A program made the translations under genes and the position numbers. A stretch of 64,000 nucleotides of DNA from assembly GCF_009914755.1 (NCBI RefSeq), contig NC_060947.1; one strand, given 5' to 3'. This DNA comes from the human T2T-CHM13v2.0 reference genome, Homo sapiens. Within the stretch, counting starts at the first letter, position 1, and the number at the start of each line of letters is the position of its first letter. The notes under the pieces were generated by a model that saw nothing but the letters and a program-made list of their open reading frames with translations, had not been told where the DNA came from and searched no databases. Of this stretch, positions 32,701 through 45,369 are shown piece by piece.

Positions 32701-34547
32701 TCATGGAGGAGTCAGGAAGAGATCTACATTATTTTAAGCTTCTATAGGGCACAAACTATATATATGATTTTAGTTTTCAAAATCGTTTAGTCTTTTATGA
32801 TATCTTCTATCTATTCTTATGTTATCCTTTTATTCCCAATATTATTTGTTCATTTTCTCCTTATTCCTTCTTCCCAGGTGTTTTTCTTGTTTATCAGTAT
32901 TTTCTACAAATTAACTTTTATTGATTGGCTTTTTTTTCTATTCATTAATTTCTGCTTCTATATTTATTTTCTCTTCCTTCAACTTACTTTTATATATGTC
33001 TATCAAATCAAATGTTAGAATTTGTCACCAAGATTTTCTAAAGTTTATTTTCTAATCATACTTTCCTTCTCTCTTCACATAATTGCTCTGTTTTCCTGTG
33101 AGGTCCCCAAGTTTTGTGGTTCTGGTGAACCTAATATTGCTATAACTTCAGCCACATGAGTGGAATCACAACAAGGTATGGTCAAGCAGAGTATTCTACT
33201 TCCTTACTCTCAAAGATAGTTGAGGAATGGGCACATAGCTCAGGCAAAGCTACTTTGTTCCCTAAGAACTGCTAATATGGATGTTGGGAGAGACAGAGAC
33301 TCTTCTATGAGTGGTTTTAACTGTACAATTGTTATATAAATTGAATGCATTTATCATATATCAAATTAAAATGTTTGGTAGAACACGTGGGATTTATTAG
33401 GCACCAATATATGTTAATACTCTCTTCACTTCTCTGGTGATTATATACACTAAAGGCAAGCTAAATGTCAATTATGAAAAAAATCCTCTTCACTTCTGAA
33501 AATTTAAATATCTAAAGTAATAGTAGCATTACATTGTCCAGGAATATTTGTGTTTTAATTAACATTGAAAAGTTTTCTAAAGGGATTTTAATAGGTAATA
33601 GTGAAACTTAAGGCACTATATTTCGACTACATTTGTTACCGTCTAAGATACCTGGATGACCAGCTGCCCTTCAGGCTGAGTCTGGCTGCTGTAGTAAATG
33701 AGGCAGTCAACTCTTATTTAACCTAAGAGAAATTAGAAGCCATGAGGCTTTCAAGAAACATGTTCAAGGTGGTTATGTCTTCTGAATTGCCCATGTATTT
33801 TCAGTCCATTCAGGCAAACACTGCCATCAAGAAATCACTGTGCAATTTAAAAACAGGAAATCTGGGTGCATTTCTAAAATAAACTGGTCATCATAAAATG
33901 CATTTATGCCCATTTATCGAAAGGCAGTTTCAAACACAAGTGAAGTTGTGGCTTGCTTCCCTGTAATTCAAAAATGCAGGCAATTCAGTAGACAATATGA
34001 AAAATTTTGAAAGTAGAAAACAAATATACTGAAAAAGTTTCAAATTACATATGAGTATCATCTATGCATAGAAGGAGTCAGGAAGAAATAAATCTATGTT
34101 ATTTTAAGCTTTTATTGGACACAAACTATAGCAACCATTAAATTATTCACAAAGTTGTAACTTTTCAAAGCTGAAATGCAGGTGGCCTGCCCTCATCACA
34201 ATGAAAACTATCCAGAATTTTATATTCTTGCCAAATCACAGTGATAAAACCAATATGGAGTGTTTGTAATAGGAAGTGTGGACATTCAATGATGGACTGA
34301 TTAGCTACTTCTACACCAACAAAATCAATCCTCTAGACAGCTTTGGAAAGGAATAATGGCTGATTTACTTGAAGGGTCATTGAGGAACCATTCAAAGAAT
34401 AATAATAAGTCCAATAATACTTAGCAATATATTTGGCTTCAAATTTCTAGATTTAGCCTAAATTACCCAGTGTTTGCATTTATTTGAGCTAAATGAAATG
34501 CGCTATGCCTACACACAGTAGAAAATTATAGTAAGTATCAAGCACTT

Positions 34548-35834
34548 CTTTTTTTATTGTGCTAAGAACATTTAACATGAGATCTACCATCTTAAATTTT
34601 TAAGTGTACATTACAGTATTGTTAACTATAGGCACCATGTTGTATAGCAGATCTTTAGAACTTATTCATATAGCAAAACTAAAACTTTGCACCTATTGAA
34701 TAGCAACTTCCCATTTTCCCTTGCCCGCAGCCACCAGCAACCACCATTCTACTCTCTGTTTCCATGAGTTTGACTATTTTAGATACCTCATAGAAATGAA
34801 ATCATGCAGTATTTGTCCCTCTGTCACTGGCTTATTTCAGTTACCACAATCTGCTCTAGGTTTATCCATGTTGTTGTATATGGCACAATTGCTTCTTTTG
34901 TAAGGCTGAATAATATGCCACTATATGTACATACCACATTTTCTTTATATTTTCATTCATTGGTGGATATTTAGGCTTTTTCCACATCTTGGCTATTGTG
35001 AATAATGCTACAATAAATATGGGAGTGCAAATCTCTTCAAGATCCTGATTTCAATTCTTTTAGATAAACACACAAAAAGTAGGATTGTTAAATCATATGG
35101 TATTCCTATTTTTAATTTATAGAGGAACCTCTATACTGTTTTCCATAACTTCTGTACAATTTTACATTCCCACCAACAGTGTATAAGGGTTCCAATTTCT
35201 CCACATACTTACCAATACTTGTGATCTTTTGTTGTTTTTTTTAATAGTAATCCTTACAAGTGTGAGGTGATATCTCATTGTGATTTTGATTTGCATTTCT
35301 CTAACTATTAGTAATGTCAAGCACCTTTCCATATATGTGTTGGTCATTTATATGTGCTAATTTTTGACAAGGGTGCCAAAAACACACCACAGAGAAAGGA
35401 CAGTCTCTTTGACATATGCTGCTGGGAAAACTGGATATCCACATACAAAAGAATAAAATTGGACTCTTTTCTTACACCATACACAAAAATCAATTTAAAA
35501 TGGATTAAAGACTTAAACCTAAGACCTGAAACTGTAAAACTCCTAAAAGAAAACATAGGGGAAAAGATTTACAGCATTGGTCTTGGCAACAATTAATCCT
35601 ATATGACACCAAAAGCACAGGCAACAAAGGCAAAAACAAGCAACAAGCAAGTGGGACTACATGAAACTAAAAACCTTCTACACAGCAACAGAAACAACAG
35701 AGTAGAAACACAGTCTATGAAATGGGAGAAATTATTTGCAAACCATTTATCTGTTAAGGGGTTAATATCCAAAATATATAAGGAATTTCTACAACAACTC
35801 AATAGCTAAAAACAAAAACAACAAACACACACAC

Positions 35835-35871
<37 letters not shown>

Positions 35872-35923
35872 ATAACCTAATTTAAAAATGGGTAAATAAT
35901 TTGAATAGATATTTTTTCCAAAG
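34548..35923 (-). mobile_element. L1MA-late/L1MB-type element with 5' inversion (34548-35353 minus, 35354-35923 plus)
   Basis: Poly(T) and 3'UTR at the left. ORF 35162-35347 (-) and ORFs 35354-35596 and 35603-35809 (+) are adjacent ORF2 segments in opposite orientation. Degenerate TSD atcaagcac / atcaggcac. Confidence 0.88.
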
Positions 35924-36269
35924 AATCAGGCACATTGAGGCTTAGTCTCAGCTTGATTTGTGTTGCCTTTTATGTATGGGCCAGTTTCATAAAAGGGATA
36001 ACACCTGTGCATATTTTACTCCCAGGGCTGTTGTAAAGACAGTTAAGTCAGGAAATGGTTAAACTTTTGGCCTGAAAGTGCAAGTCAAATTCAAATAAGA
36101 CAGTAAACACAAACCCACCTGTTCAATACCTTATATCCATTAAAGGGAGGACCCAAGAAAATATTTGATAAATACACTTTGTCACTTCTTCCTAAGGTTA
36201 CCTGCTGTAATTTTTAAAGGAGAAGGAGCTATCATATAGCATATTGTTACACATAGTACCTCTAGAATG

Positions 36270-36470
36270 GGGCATCCTGGGCTTGAATACCGGCCTCAAT
36301 GCTTATTAACAGTGTGGAATTTTATAGTTGTTCATCCTTTCCAAGCCTCATTTCCTGCTCTAAAAATGGACACAAGAAAAAAACATACTTCATTCAAAAT
36401 GTTCTGAGGATTGTTTTGATTATTTGAGCATTGGTGAATGGCATATTATAAACACTAAACATACGACTAA
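36270..36470 (+). mobile_element. MIR fragment
   Basis: cctgggcttgaataccggcctc…aagcctcatttcctgctctaaaaatgga resembles the MIR core. Confidence 0.55.
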
Positions 36471-36487
36471 TTATGTTATTATAATGG

Positions 36488-37030
36488 TGTATTAGTCAGA
36501 GTTCTCCAGAGAAGCAGAACCATTAGGATATCTATAGAAAGAGATTTATTATAAGAAATTGACTTGTGATTATGGAGGCTGACAAGTCCCAAGGTCTGTG
36601 GGGTGAGACAACAAACTGGAGACCCAGGAGAGCAGATGATTTAGTTCTAGTCTGAGTCCAGAGGCCTGAGAACCAGGAGAGCTGATGGTATAGTCCCAGT
36701 CTGAAGGCCAGCAGGCTCTAGACCCAGGGAGAGCCAGTGTTTCAGTTCAAGTCTGAAGGCAGGAAAAAAGCTGATTCCCTAGTTTGAAGGCTGTCAGGCA
36801 GAAAAAATTCTTACTTGGAGAAGGGTCAGACTTTTGTTCTATTCAGGCTTTCAGCTGATTGGATGAAGCACATCTACACTGGGGAAAGCAATCTACTTTA
36901 CTCAGTCTACCAATTAAAATATCAATCTCATTTTAAAACACCCTCATAGAAACACTCAGAATAATGTTTGACCAAGTATCTGGGCACTCCATGACTCACT
37001 CAAGTTGGCATGCAAAATTATCCATTACAA
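36488..37030 (-). mobile_element. ERVL solo LTR (MLT2B/C-like)
   Basis: tgtattagtcagagttctccagagaagcagaacca…caagttggcatgcaaaattatccattaca. Confidence 0.88.
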
Positions 37031-38599
37031 ATAGATATTAGTAAATTATTGTAAATTATTATACTATACATATATGATGCTACCATAATGTATTAAACCT
37101 GCAAAATGCATTCAAATGTTATGTTTCTACACAATATTAAGCAACTGATTTGACTGACGATTTTGTAAATTAGCAACATTTTGCTTTTTTAACAAAGTGC
37201 CCAGTTATTTGACAAATTAATTGTCCAATCCTTTCCAAATAGCAAGTTGTGCCTATGGTTAAATTGAGTGGAATTTTTCTAACCTAGTAATTTTTGAAAA
37301 GGGGCAAAGCTCCCAAACACAGAAAGTCCTCACTATACAGTACTAGGTTTGAAAGCCCATGAACAATCTTTGCCACCATTACTTCTCAGATTGGCTCAAG
37401 GAGCATTGCTGAACATATCTGACAAATAGAGATATAAACTGATACCAATATGAAATTTTAGTTTTATTATTCATCAGCTCAAGTCAATGATTTAGAGTGA
37501 GAATTAAATGCATTAAAGAGAAAATATAATTTATAGAATGAAAATTAGACTAGAATTTTCACAGAGGTAGTGAGAGTGGCAAGAAATGCATGACATAAAA
37601 ATCACAACAAAATTTTCTAAGCTTTAATTGAAATTAATATTGCTCAGCATACCAAAGCTGCATTTAAGTCATTTTGTTTTAATTGACCACATTGTGCTTT
37701 CTTACAAATTTTTCAACAAGTAGTCATGAGGATTTAAATTTTGTACAGAAGATTATACTATGATGCTTAAAACATTATATTAAAGGAACATTTTTAAATC
37801 AATGTAGTATTGAACAATACCAAGAAAAATTATATACCCTTAAATCTAGAAAGTTGTCCTATACATGACAGAACACAATCTATTGCTTTTCCCTTGCTCT
37901 CGGTTCATTTGTTTGATATATGAGCATTTAGTAGAAAATAAAGGGTTAAGAAAATACCTAGAGAATGCCTTGCCTCTGTTCCTGATAGATTCTAAAATTG
38001 AACGTTTTTGAAAAAAACGTTCATTTTTAGTTATTCTAGGCTTTTATAGAGAGATAATGTTTGGGAAGATATGTGTATAGATATTTTAAAACAAATAGCA
38101 AAATCCAGAGGCCTTAACAAAATATACAATCTAAACAAATGAACAAATAATGTCTATTGAGGTCTATGTAACAGGCACTTTATCAATATTATCTCTAATT
38201 GTCACATTCACAAGATAGGTATCAGCTATCCCTCTTCCAAAACCTAGCCCTCCACCACACACTCAGCTTTCTCCCACTACAAATGAGAAATATGAAATTC
38301 TGAGATATTAAGTAAGATATTAAGGCTGAAGGCCATAAAGTAGAGTGGATTTGAAACCAGTTTCACACAGCACCAAAGCTCATTATGCCATCCTAACTCT
38401 AAAGAAATATTCAAGTCCCAGGACCACAAGCATACATAGTATTTCCTTTCTAAAACAGTGCAGCAATTTTCTCTTTGGAAAACAAAAGTTTTATTGATGT
38501 TTTTCTAATTGTAAGTATTATAATTGTTTATTTTAGAACATTTGTAACACATACAGGCAAAATAGAAAATAGAATAATTAGTAATTGCATCAGTAATAT

Positions 38600-39090
38600 T
38601 ATGGCACATGCCATGGATGCTGTGATGTGCCACCCAATCTCCCCTTCAGGGATTTATCCTTCAAACTATTAGAAAGGTTATGACTGCCAGCTTTCCACTT
38701 TCAGCCTTCTTTGGAAATTTCATTGGCTGAGGAGTGACACCTAGCCTAAAGTCACAGCCCCTTCCAAGGGGGCAGTCTACATACAATGACTAATTTCTGT
38801 GTCGTTACAAAGACTCCCCAATTGCCCCATGGTTTCCCTTTCCCTCTTTTCTCCACTTTTCCCCCTTCCTCAATTCTGGAACTCTTCCTCAATTTAGAAA
38901 TAGCCATGCCTGTGTAATCAGATGACTACTTGCTGTGGCCAAAGCCACAGCAAAACTTCTCCCTCTACCCAGTCACATTTTGTTCCTTTCCCCCATACAG
39001 GAATTGAACCTGAGGGTATTCCCTAGTAAATATCCTTCTTGCTCATATCCATTCCTGAGTCTGCTTTCTAGGAAACCCAACCTACAGCAG
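38600..39090 (+). mobile_element. ERVL solo LTR (LTR16-like)
   Basis: gtgccacccaatctccccttcagg…gagtctgctttctaggaaacccaacctac. Confidence 0.65.
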
Positions 39091-39339
39091 CATATATCTG
39101 TCCAGGCTTGGAGTATGTATGTGCAAATTATGAGACAATAGTGTACCTACTGCATTGTAACCAGCTTTTATTTTCACTTAACATAGCACAATAAATATAT
39201 TTTCACAGTTTAAACATTCTCATAAGACATTATTTACAGTGATTGTATTGTATTCCATTGTATATGTCATAATTTAAACAATCTCCAATATTGACATGTT
39301 TCCAATTTTTTGGTTCTAAACATGATATTTACATAGTCT

Positions 39340-39950
39340 CAGAGTATATCCCCACAAGATACTTGTTAACTACTTTATAGTAGAGAAATCTTGCAGGCAC
39401 CATTGCAACAAAATGATGCCAGTGAACATTGCCAGTAATGGGACCAATCAATTTCACGTGCCCTATTGATATGATGCACTAAGAATTCAGAATTGCTTCT
39501 GTGGTGATCCTGCCAAAAGTGCTTAAGCTAAAACTAATCATAAGAAACAAAAAATAAACTCAAATGGAGAGACATTCTACATAATTACAGACCTATACAT
39601 TTCAAAACTGCCAATGTTGTAAAATACAAATAAAGCCTTGAAATTTTCCCAATAAAATAAGACACTGAACACAATACAAAACACAACTGAACACAATACA
39701 TAATTCTGAGTTTTCTTTTGCTATAAGGACTGTATTAGGACAATTGGCAAAAACTCAATAACATCTATACACTAGATAATAGTATTATATCAATGTCAAG
39801 TTGTTAATTTTGATAAGTGTTATATGATCAAGTAAGCGAATTCTTATTCTTAGAAAATATCCAATAAAGTATTTAGAGAGAAGAGGAATCGCATCAACAA
39901 GACATTCTCAAACAGTTCAGGAAAAATAAGATGGTATGTGTGTGGAGAGA
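39340..39950 (+). mobile_element. Old L1MC4/L1ME-type 3' region fragment
   Basis: agtagagaaatcttgcaggcacc…tagataatagtattatatcaatgt…cattctcaaacagttcaggaaaaa. Confidence 0.6.
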
Positions 39951-40411
39951 GAGACATTCTGACGGGTGTGAGATGGTATCTCACTGTGGCTTTGATCTAC
40001 ATTCCAATAATGATTAGTGATGTTGAGCTTTATTTCATATGATTGTTGGCCACATGTATGCCTTTTGCAAAGTGTCTATTCCTGTCTTTTGCCCACTTTT
40101 TTACAGGGTTGTTTTTTTTTCTTGTGAATTTGTTTAATTTCTTATAGATGCTGGATATTAGACCTTTGTCAAATGTATAGTTTGCAAAAATTTTCCCCCA
40201 GTCTGTAGTTTGTCTGTTTACTCTATTGATAGTTTCTTTTGCTACGCAGAAGCTCTTAGGTTTAACTAGATACCATCTGTCAATTTTTGCTTTTGTTGTA
40301 ATTGCTTTTGGCATCTTCATCATGAAACCTTTGCCCATTCCTATGTCCTAAATAGTATTGCCTAGGTTGTCTTTCAGGGTTTTCATTGTTTTGGGTTTTA
40401 CAGTTGTCTTT

Positions 40412-41242
40412 TCTTTCTATTTTTTTGTAAGTGAAAACCATTTAATCATTTTAGAGTGGTCAAACTACAATATAAGATTGGTATCTTGTTATCTGAAAGC
40501 AATCATTTTACCATATGCATTTTGATCTTTTACCATTCATTTTAAGTTGACGGTTAATTTAAAAACTGAGTTTTAATCAAAGTTGTTTTCAAACATTGTC
40601 ATAATGTCTCTTTGAAGTCATACCAATGGTACCTGCCATTGCTTCTCTCCTTCTCCACTCTTGTGCTTTCTCCCGTGTTAAATTACGGTCTTTGAGAAAC
40701 CAGAGTTTGCATTTATCTTGAGCTTCCAATGACTGCATATGTTCTTTCTGCTCTTCTCCATAGCACTTGTTTTGCATTTTATCTGAAAAAGATTCTACAG
40801 TCAATTAATTTCCCAGATCCCTCTGATTTTCTTGAGATGCTTTTGGTTCCTTTGTCTTTTGTTCCAAATGTCTCCGTACAGTTCCTGGGTCTGAGCTTTT
40901 ACTTCCTTTTCTATGGCTGCTTTTCTAAATTGGTTGAAGAGCTCACCTGAGGACTTCAGTATACCTGATGGTTTCACTGGTTTGCCTAAACTTTTCCATG
41001 AATCTGCATTCTTAATCTTTACATCCTTCTGCACAGGATCTTGACATTCAAATTCTAACATAGTTGTGTCATTATCACCAGGTGGATGCATCACAGTTAT
41101 GCCATTCGAAAGCTGCTCAGAATCACCTGAGGGAGGCAGAATTTGTAAAGATGAAATGTTTTTCACAGTCTGTAAATGTTCTAATTCTTGATAATTAAAT
41201 GCTAATTGGTGCTGATTTTGTGGCTTTCCACAGGAAGGTGTG
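40412..41242 (-). pseudogene. BRDTP1: Processed, 5'-truncated pseudogene of bromodomain testis-specific protein BRDT (probably BRDTP1)
   Basis: ORFs 40801-41166 (KIKNADSWKSLGKPVKPSG…FNQFRKAAIEKEVKA) and 40589-40804 (…RRREAMAGTI) match the BRDT C-terminus. MFENNFD-stop is readable at 40596-40573. Intronless; ATTAAA at 40446-40441; poly(A) remnant 40412-40426; TSD tacagtt(aa)gtcttt at 40399-40411 and 41243-41257. Two frameshifts and an in-frame TAA. The BRDTP1 name is from memory. Confidence 0.92.
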
Positions 41243-44200
41243 TACAGTTAAGTCTTTAATCCATCTTGAGATAATTTTTGTATGTGGTGTAAGGAAGCTC
41301 TTCGGGTTTGATCTTCTGTATATGGCTAGCCAGTTGTACCAGCACCATTTATTGAATAGGGAATCCTTTTTTCCATTGCTTGTTTTTGTCAGGTTTGTTG
41401 AAGATCAGATAGTTGTAAGTGTGTGGTCTTATTTCTGGTTTTTCTATTCTGTTTCATTAGTCTATGTGTCTCTTTTTCTATCAGTACCATGCTATTTTGG
41501 TTAGTGCAGCCCTGTAGTATAGTTTGAAGTCAGGTAGCATGGTGTCTCCAGCTTTGTTCTTTTTGCTGCAGATTTTCCTTGGCTATTCAGCTCTTTTTTG
41601 GTTCCATATAAATTTTAAAATAGTTTTCTCTGTTTCTGTGAAGACTGTCAATGGTAATTTAATAGAAGTAGCATTCAATCTATAAATTGCTTTGTGCCAT
41701 ATGGCCATTTTAACATTACTGATTCTTCCTATCCATGGGCATGGAATGTCTTTCCATTTCTTTGTCATCTCTAATTTCTTTGAGCAGTGGTTTGTAGTTC
41801 TCGTTGTAGAGATCTTTCACCCCCCTAGTTAGCTGTCTTCCTAGGTATTTTATTATTTTGGGGCAATTCTGAATGAGAGTTCATTTGTGATTTGGCTCTC
41901 AGCTTGACTGTTGTTGTTGTATAGGAATGCTAGTAATTTCTGCACATTGATTTTGTATCCTGAGACTTTGCAGAAGTTGCTTATCAGCTTAAGAAGCTTT
42001 TGGGCTGAGACTAGTGTTTTCCAGATATAGGATCATATCATTTGAAAACAGAGATAGTTTGACTTTCTCTCTTCCTATTTGGATGCCCTTTATTTCTTTC
42101 TCTTGCCTGTTTGCCCTGGCCAGAACTTCAAATTCTACATTGAATAGGAGTGGTCATAGAGGGCATCCTTGTCTTGTGCTGGCTTTCAAGAGGAATGCTT
42201 CTATCTTTTGCCCATTCAGTATGATATTGACTGTGGGTTTGTCATACATGGCTCCTATTATTTTGAGATATGTTCCTTCAATACCTACTTTATTGAGAGT
42301 TTTTAAATGAATGGCTATTAAAAGCCTTTTCTGCATCTATGAAGATAATCATGTGGTTTTTGTCCTTAGTTCTGTTTATGTGATGAATCACATTTATTAA
42401 TTTGCATATTTTGAACCAACCTTGCATCCTGGGGATGAAACCTACTTGATCATGGCAGATAAGCTTTTTGATGTGCTGCTGGATTCAACTTGCCAATATT
42501 TTGTTGAGGATTTTTGCCTTGATGTTCATCAAGGATATTGGTCTGAAGTTTTCTTTTTTGTCTTGTTTTGTTTTGTTTTGTTTTGTTTTGTATGTCTGCC
42601 AGGTTTTGGTATCAGGATTATGCTGACCTCACAGAATGAGTTAAGGAGGAGTCCCTCTGCCTCGATTTTTGGAATAGTTTCAATTTGAATGAATGGTACC
42701 AGCTCCTCTTTGTACATCTGGTAGAATTCATCTGTGAATCCATCTGGTCCTGGGCCTTTTTTGGTTGGTATGCTATTTATTACTGCCTCAACTTCAGAAC
42801 TCATGGTTGGTCTGTTCAGGGATTCAATTTCTTCCTGGTTCAGTCTTGGGAGGGTGTATGCATTTGGGAATTTATCCATTTCTTCTAGATCTTCTAGTAT
42901 ATGTGCATAGAGGTGTTCCTAATATTCTCTGACAGTTGTTTGCATTTTTGTGGGGTCAGTGGTAGTATTTCCCTTGTCATTTCTGATTGTGTTTATTTGA
43001 ATTTTCTCTTTTCTTCTTTATTAGTCTAGCTAGTATTCTATCTATGTTATTATGGTTTATCAGAAAACCAACTCCTGGAGTCATTGATCTATTAAATGGT
43101 TTTTCGTGTCTCTATCTCCTTCAGTTCAGCTCTGACTTTATTTCTTGTCTTCTGCTAGCTTTGAGATTTGTTTGCTCTTGGTTCTCTAGTTCTTTTAGTT
43201 GTGTTATTAGGTTGTTTACTTGAGATCTTTCTAACTTTTTCATGTGGATATTTAGTGTTATAAATTTCCCTCTTAACGTTACCTTAGCTGTGTTCCAGAG
43301 ATTCTGGTACGTTGTATTTTTGTTCTCTTTAGTTTCAAAGAACTTCTTGATTTCTGCCTTAATTTTATTATTTACCCAGAAGTCATTCAGGAGCAGGTTA
43401 ATAAGTCTCCATGTGATTGCAAGGTTTTGAGTGAATTTCTTAATCTTTTCTAATTTGATTGCACTGTAGTCTGAGAGATTATTTCTTATGATTTCAGTTC
43501 TTTTGCAATTACTTCTGATTATGTGATCGCTTTTAGAATAACTGCCATGTGGCAATGAGAAGAGTGTATATTCTGTTGTTCTGAGGTAGAAAGTTCTGTA
43601 GATATCTATCAGGTCCATTTGATCCACTGCTAAGCCCAGATCCTAAATATCTTTGTTAATTTTCTGTCTCGGTGATATATTTAATATTGTCAATAGGCTG
43701 TTAAAGTCTCCTACTATTACCATGTGGGAGTCTAAGTCTCTTCAAAGGTACTCCAAGAACTTGCTTTATGAATTCTGGGTGCTCCTGTGTTGGTTGCATA
43801 TATATTTAGGATAGTTTAGATCTTCTTGTTGAATTGAACCCTTTACCATTATGTAATGCTCTTCTTTTATGATCTTTGTTGGTTTAAATACTGTTGTGTC
43901 AGAAACTAGGATTGCAACCCCTGCTTTTTTCTGTTTTACATTTACTTGGTAGATTTTCCTCCTTTATTTTGAGACTCTGTGTGTCATTGCATGTAAGATG
44001 GGTCTATTAAAGACAGCATACCAATGAGTCTTGGTTCTTTTTCCAGCTTTCCACTTTGTATATTTTAATTGGGGCATTTAGCCCATTTACACTTATGGTT
44101 AGTATTGCTATGTGTGGATTTGATCCTGTCATCATGAGGTTAGCTGATTATTTTGCAAACTTGTTTATGTGGTTGCTTTATAGTTTCACTGGTCTGTGTA

Positions 44201-45369
44201 CTTCAGTGCTTTTTTTGTATTGGCTGGTAATGGTCTTTCCTTTCCATATTTACTGCTTCCTTCAGAAGATATTATAAGGCAGATCTGTTGGTAACAATTT
44301 CCTCAGCATTTGCTTGTCTGAAAAGGATCTTATTTCTCCTTTGCCTACGGAGCTTAGTTGGCCAGACATGAAATTATGGGTTGCAATTCATTTTCTTTGA
44401 AAATGTTGTATATTGGCCCCCACTCTCTTCTGGCTTGTAGGGTTTCTGCTGGGAGATTCACTGTTATTCTGATGGGCTTCCCTTTGTATGTGACCTGGCC
44501 TTTCTCTCTAGCTGCCGTTAACATTTTTTCCTTCATTTCAGTCTTGAAGAATCCAATGATTATATGTGTTGGGGAGGATCTTATTGTGGAGTATCATACT
44601 GGAGTTCTCTGCATTTCCTGAGTTTCAATGTTGGCCTCTCTAGCTAGGTTGGGCAAGTTCTCATGAATGATATCCTGAAATATGTTTTTCAAATTGGTTC
44701 CGTTCTCCCTATCTCTTTCAGGTACACCAATAAGTCATAGATTCTGTTTGTTTACATAATCTCATATTTCTTGTAACTTTTGTTCATTTTTCATTCCTTT
44801 TTCTCTATTTTTGTCTGCCTTATTTCAGACAGCCAGTCTTCAAGCTCTGAGATTCTTTCCTCCACTTGTTCTATTCTATTAATACTTGTGATTGCATTAT
44901 GAAATTCTTTTATTTTGTTTTTCAGCTCTGTTAGGTTGGTTAAGTTCTTCTCTGTACTGGCTATTTTCACTGTCAGCTCCTGCAATGTTTTATCACGATT
45001 TTTAGCTTCCTTGCATTGGATTACAATGTATTCATTTAGCTCAGTGAACTTTGTTCCTATCCATATTTTGAATTCTACTTCTGTCATTTCAGCCATCTTA
45101 GCCTCAGCCTGGTTCCAAGCCCTTGCTGGAGAGGTGACATGGTCAATCGGAGGCAAGAGGGCACTCTCAGTTTTTGAGTTTTCTGTGTTCTTGTGCTGAT
45201 CTTTCTCATCTTTGTGGGCTTATCTATCTTCAGTCTTTGAGGTAGATGACCTTAGAATGATTTTTTTTCTTTTAACAATCTGGCCACCTTTCCAGACGGC
45301 TGCTGTGGTATGCTGGGGGTCCACTCCAGTCCCTAGTCACCTCAAATTTACCAGTACCTGGAGGTATCA

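Noticed and set aside
33720-33975. Possible minus-strand exon after a tttttgaattacag acceptor
   Set aside because: All three frames hit stop codons within 20 codons and there is no supporting homology.
40801-41166. BRDT-like ORF as a functional retrogene
   Set aside because: It is 5'-truncated and has frameshifts and a premature stop; the track's start codon is not ATG.
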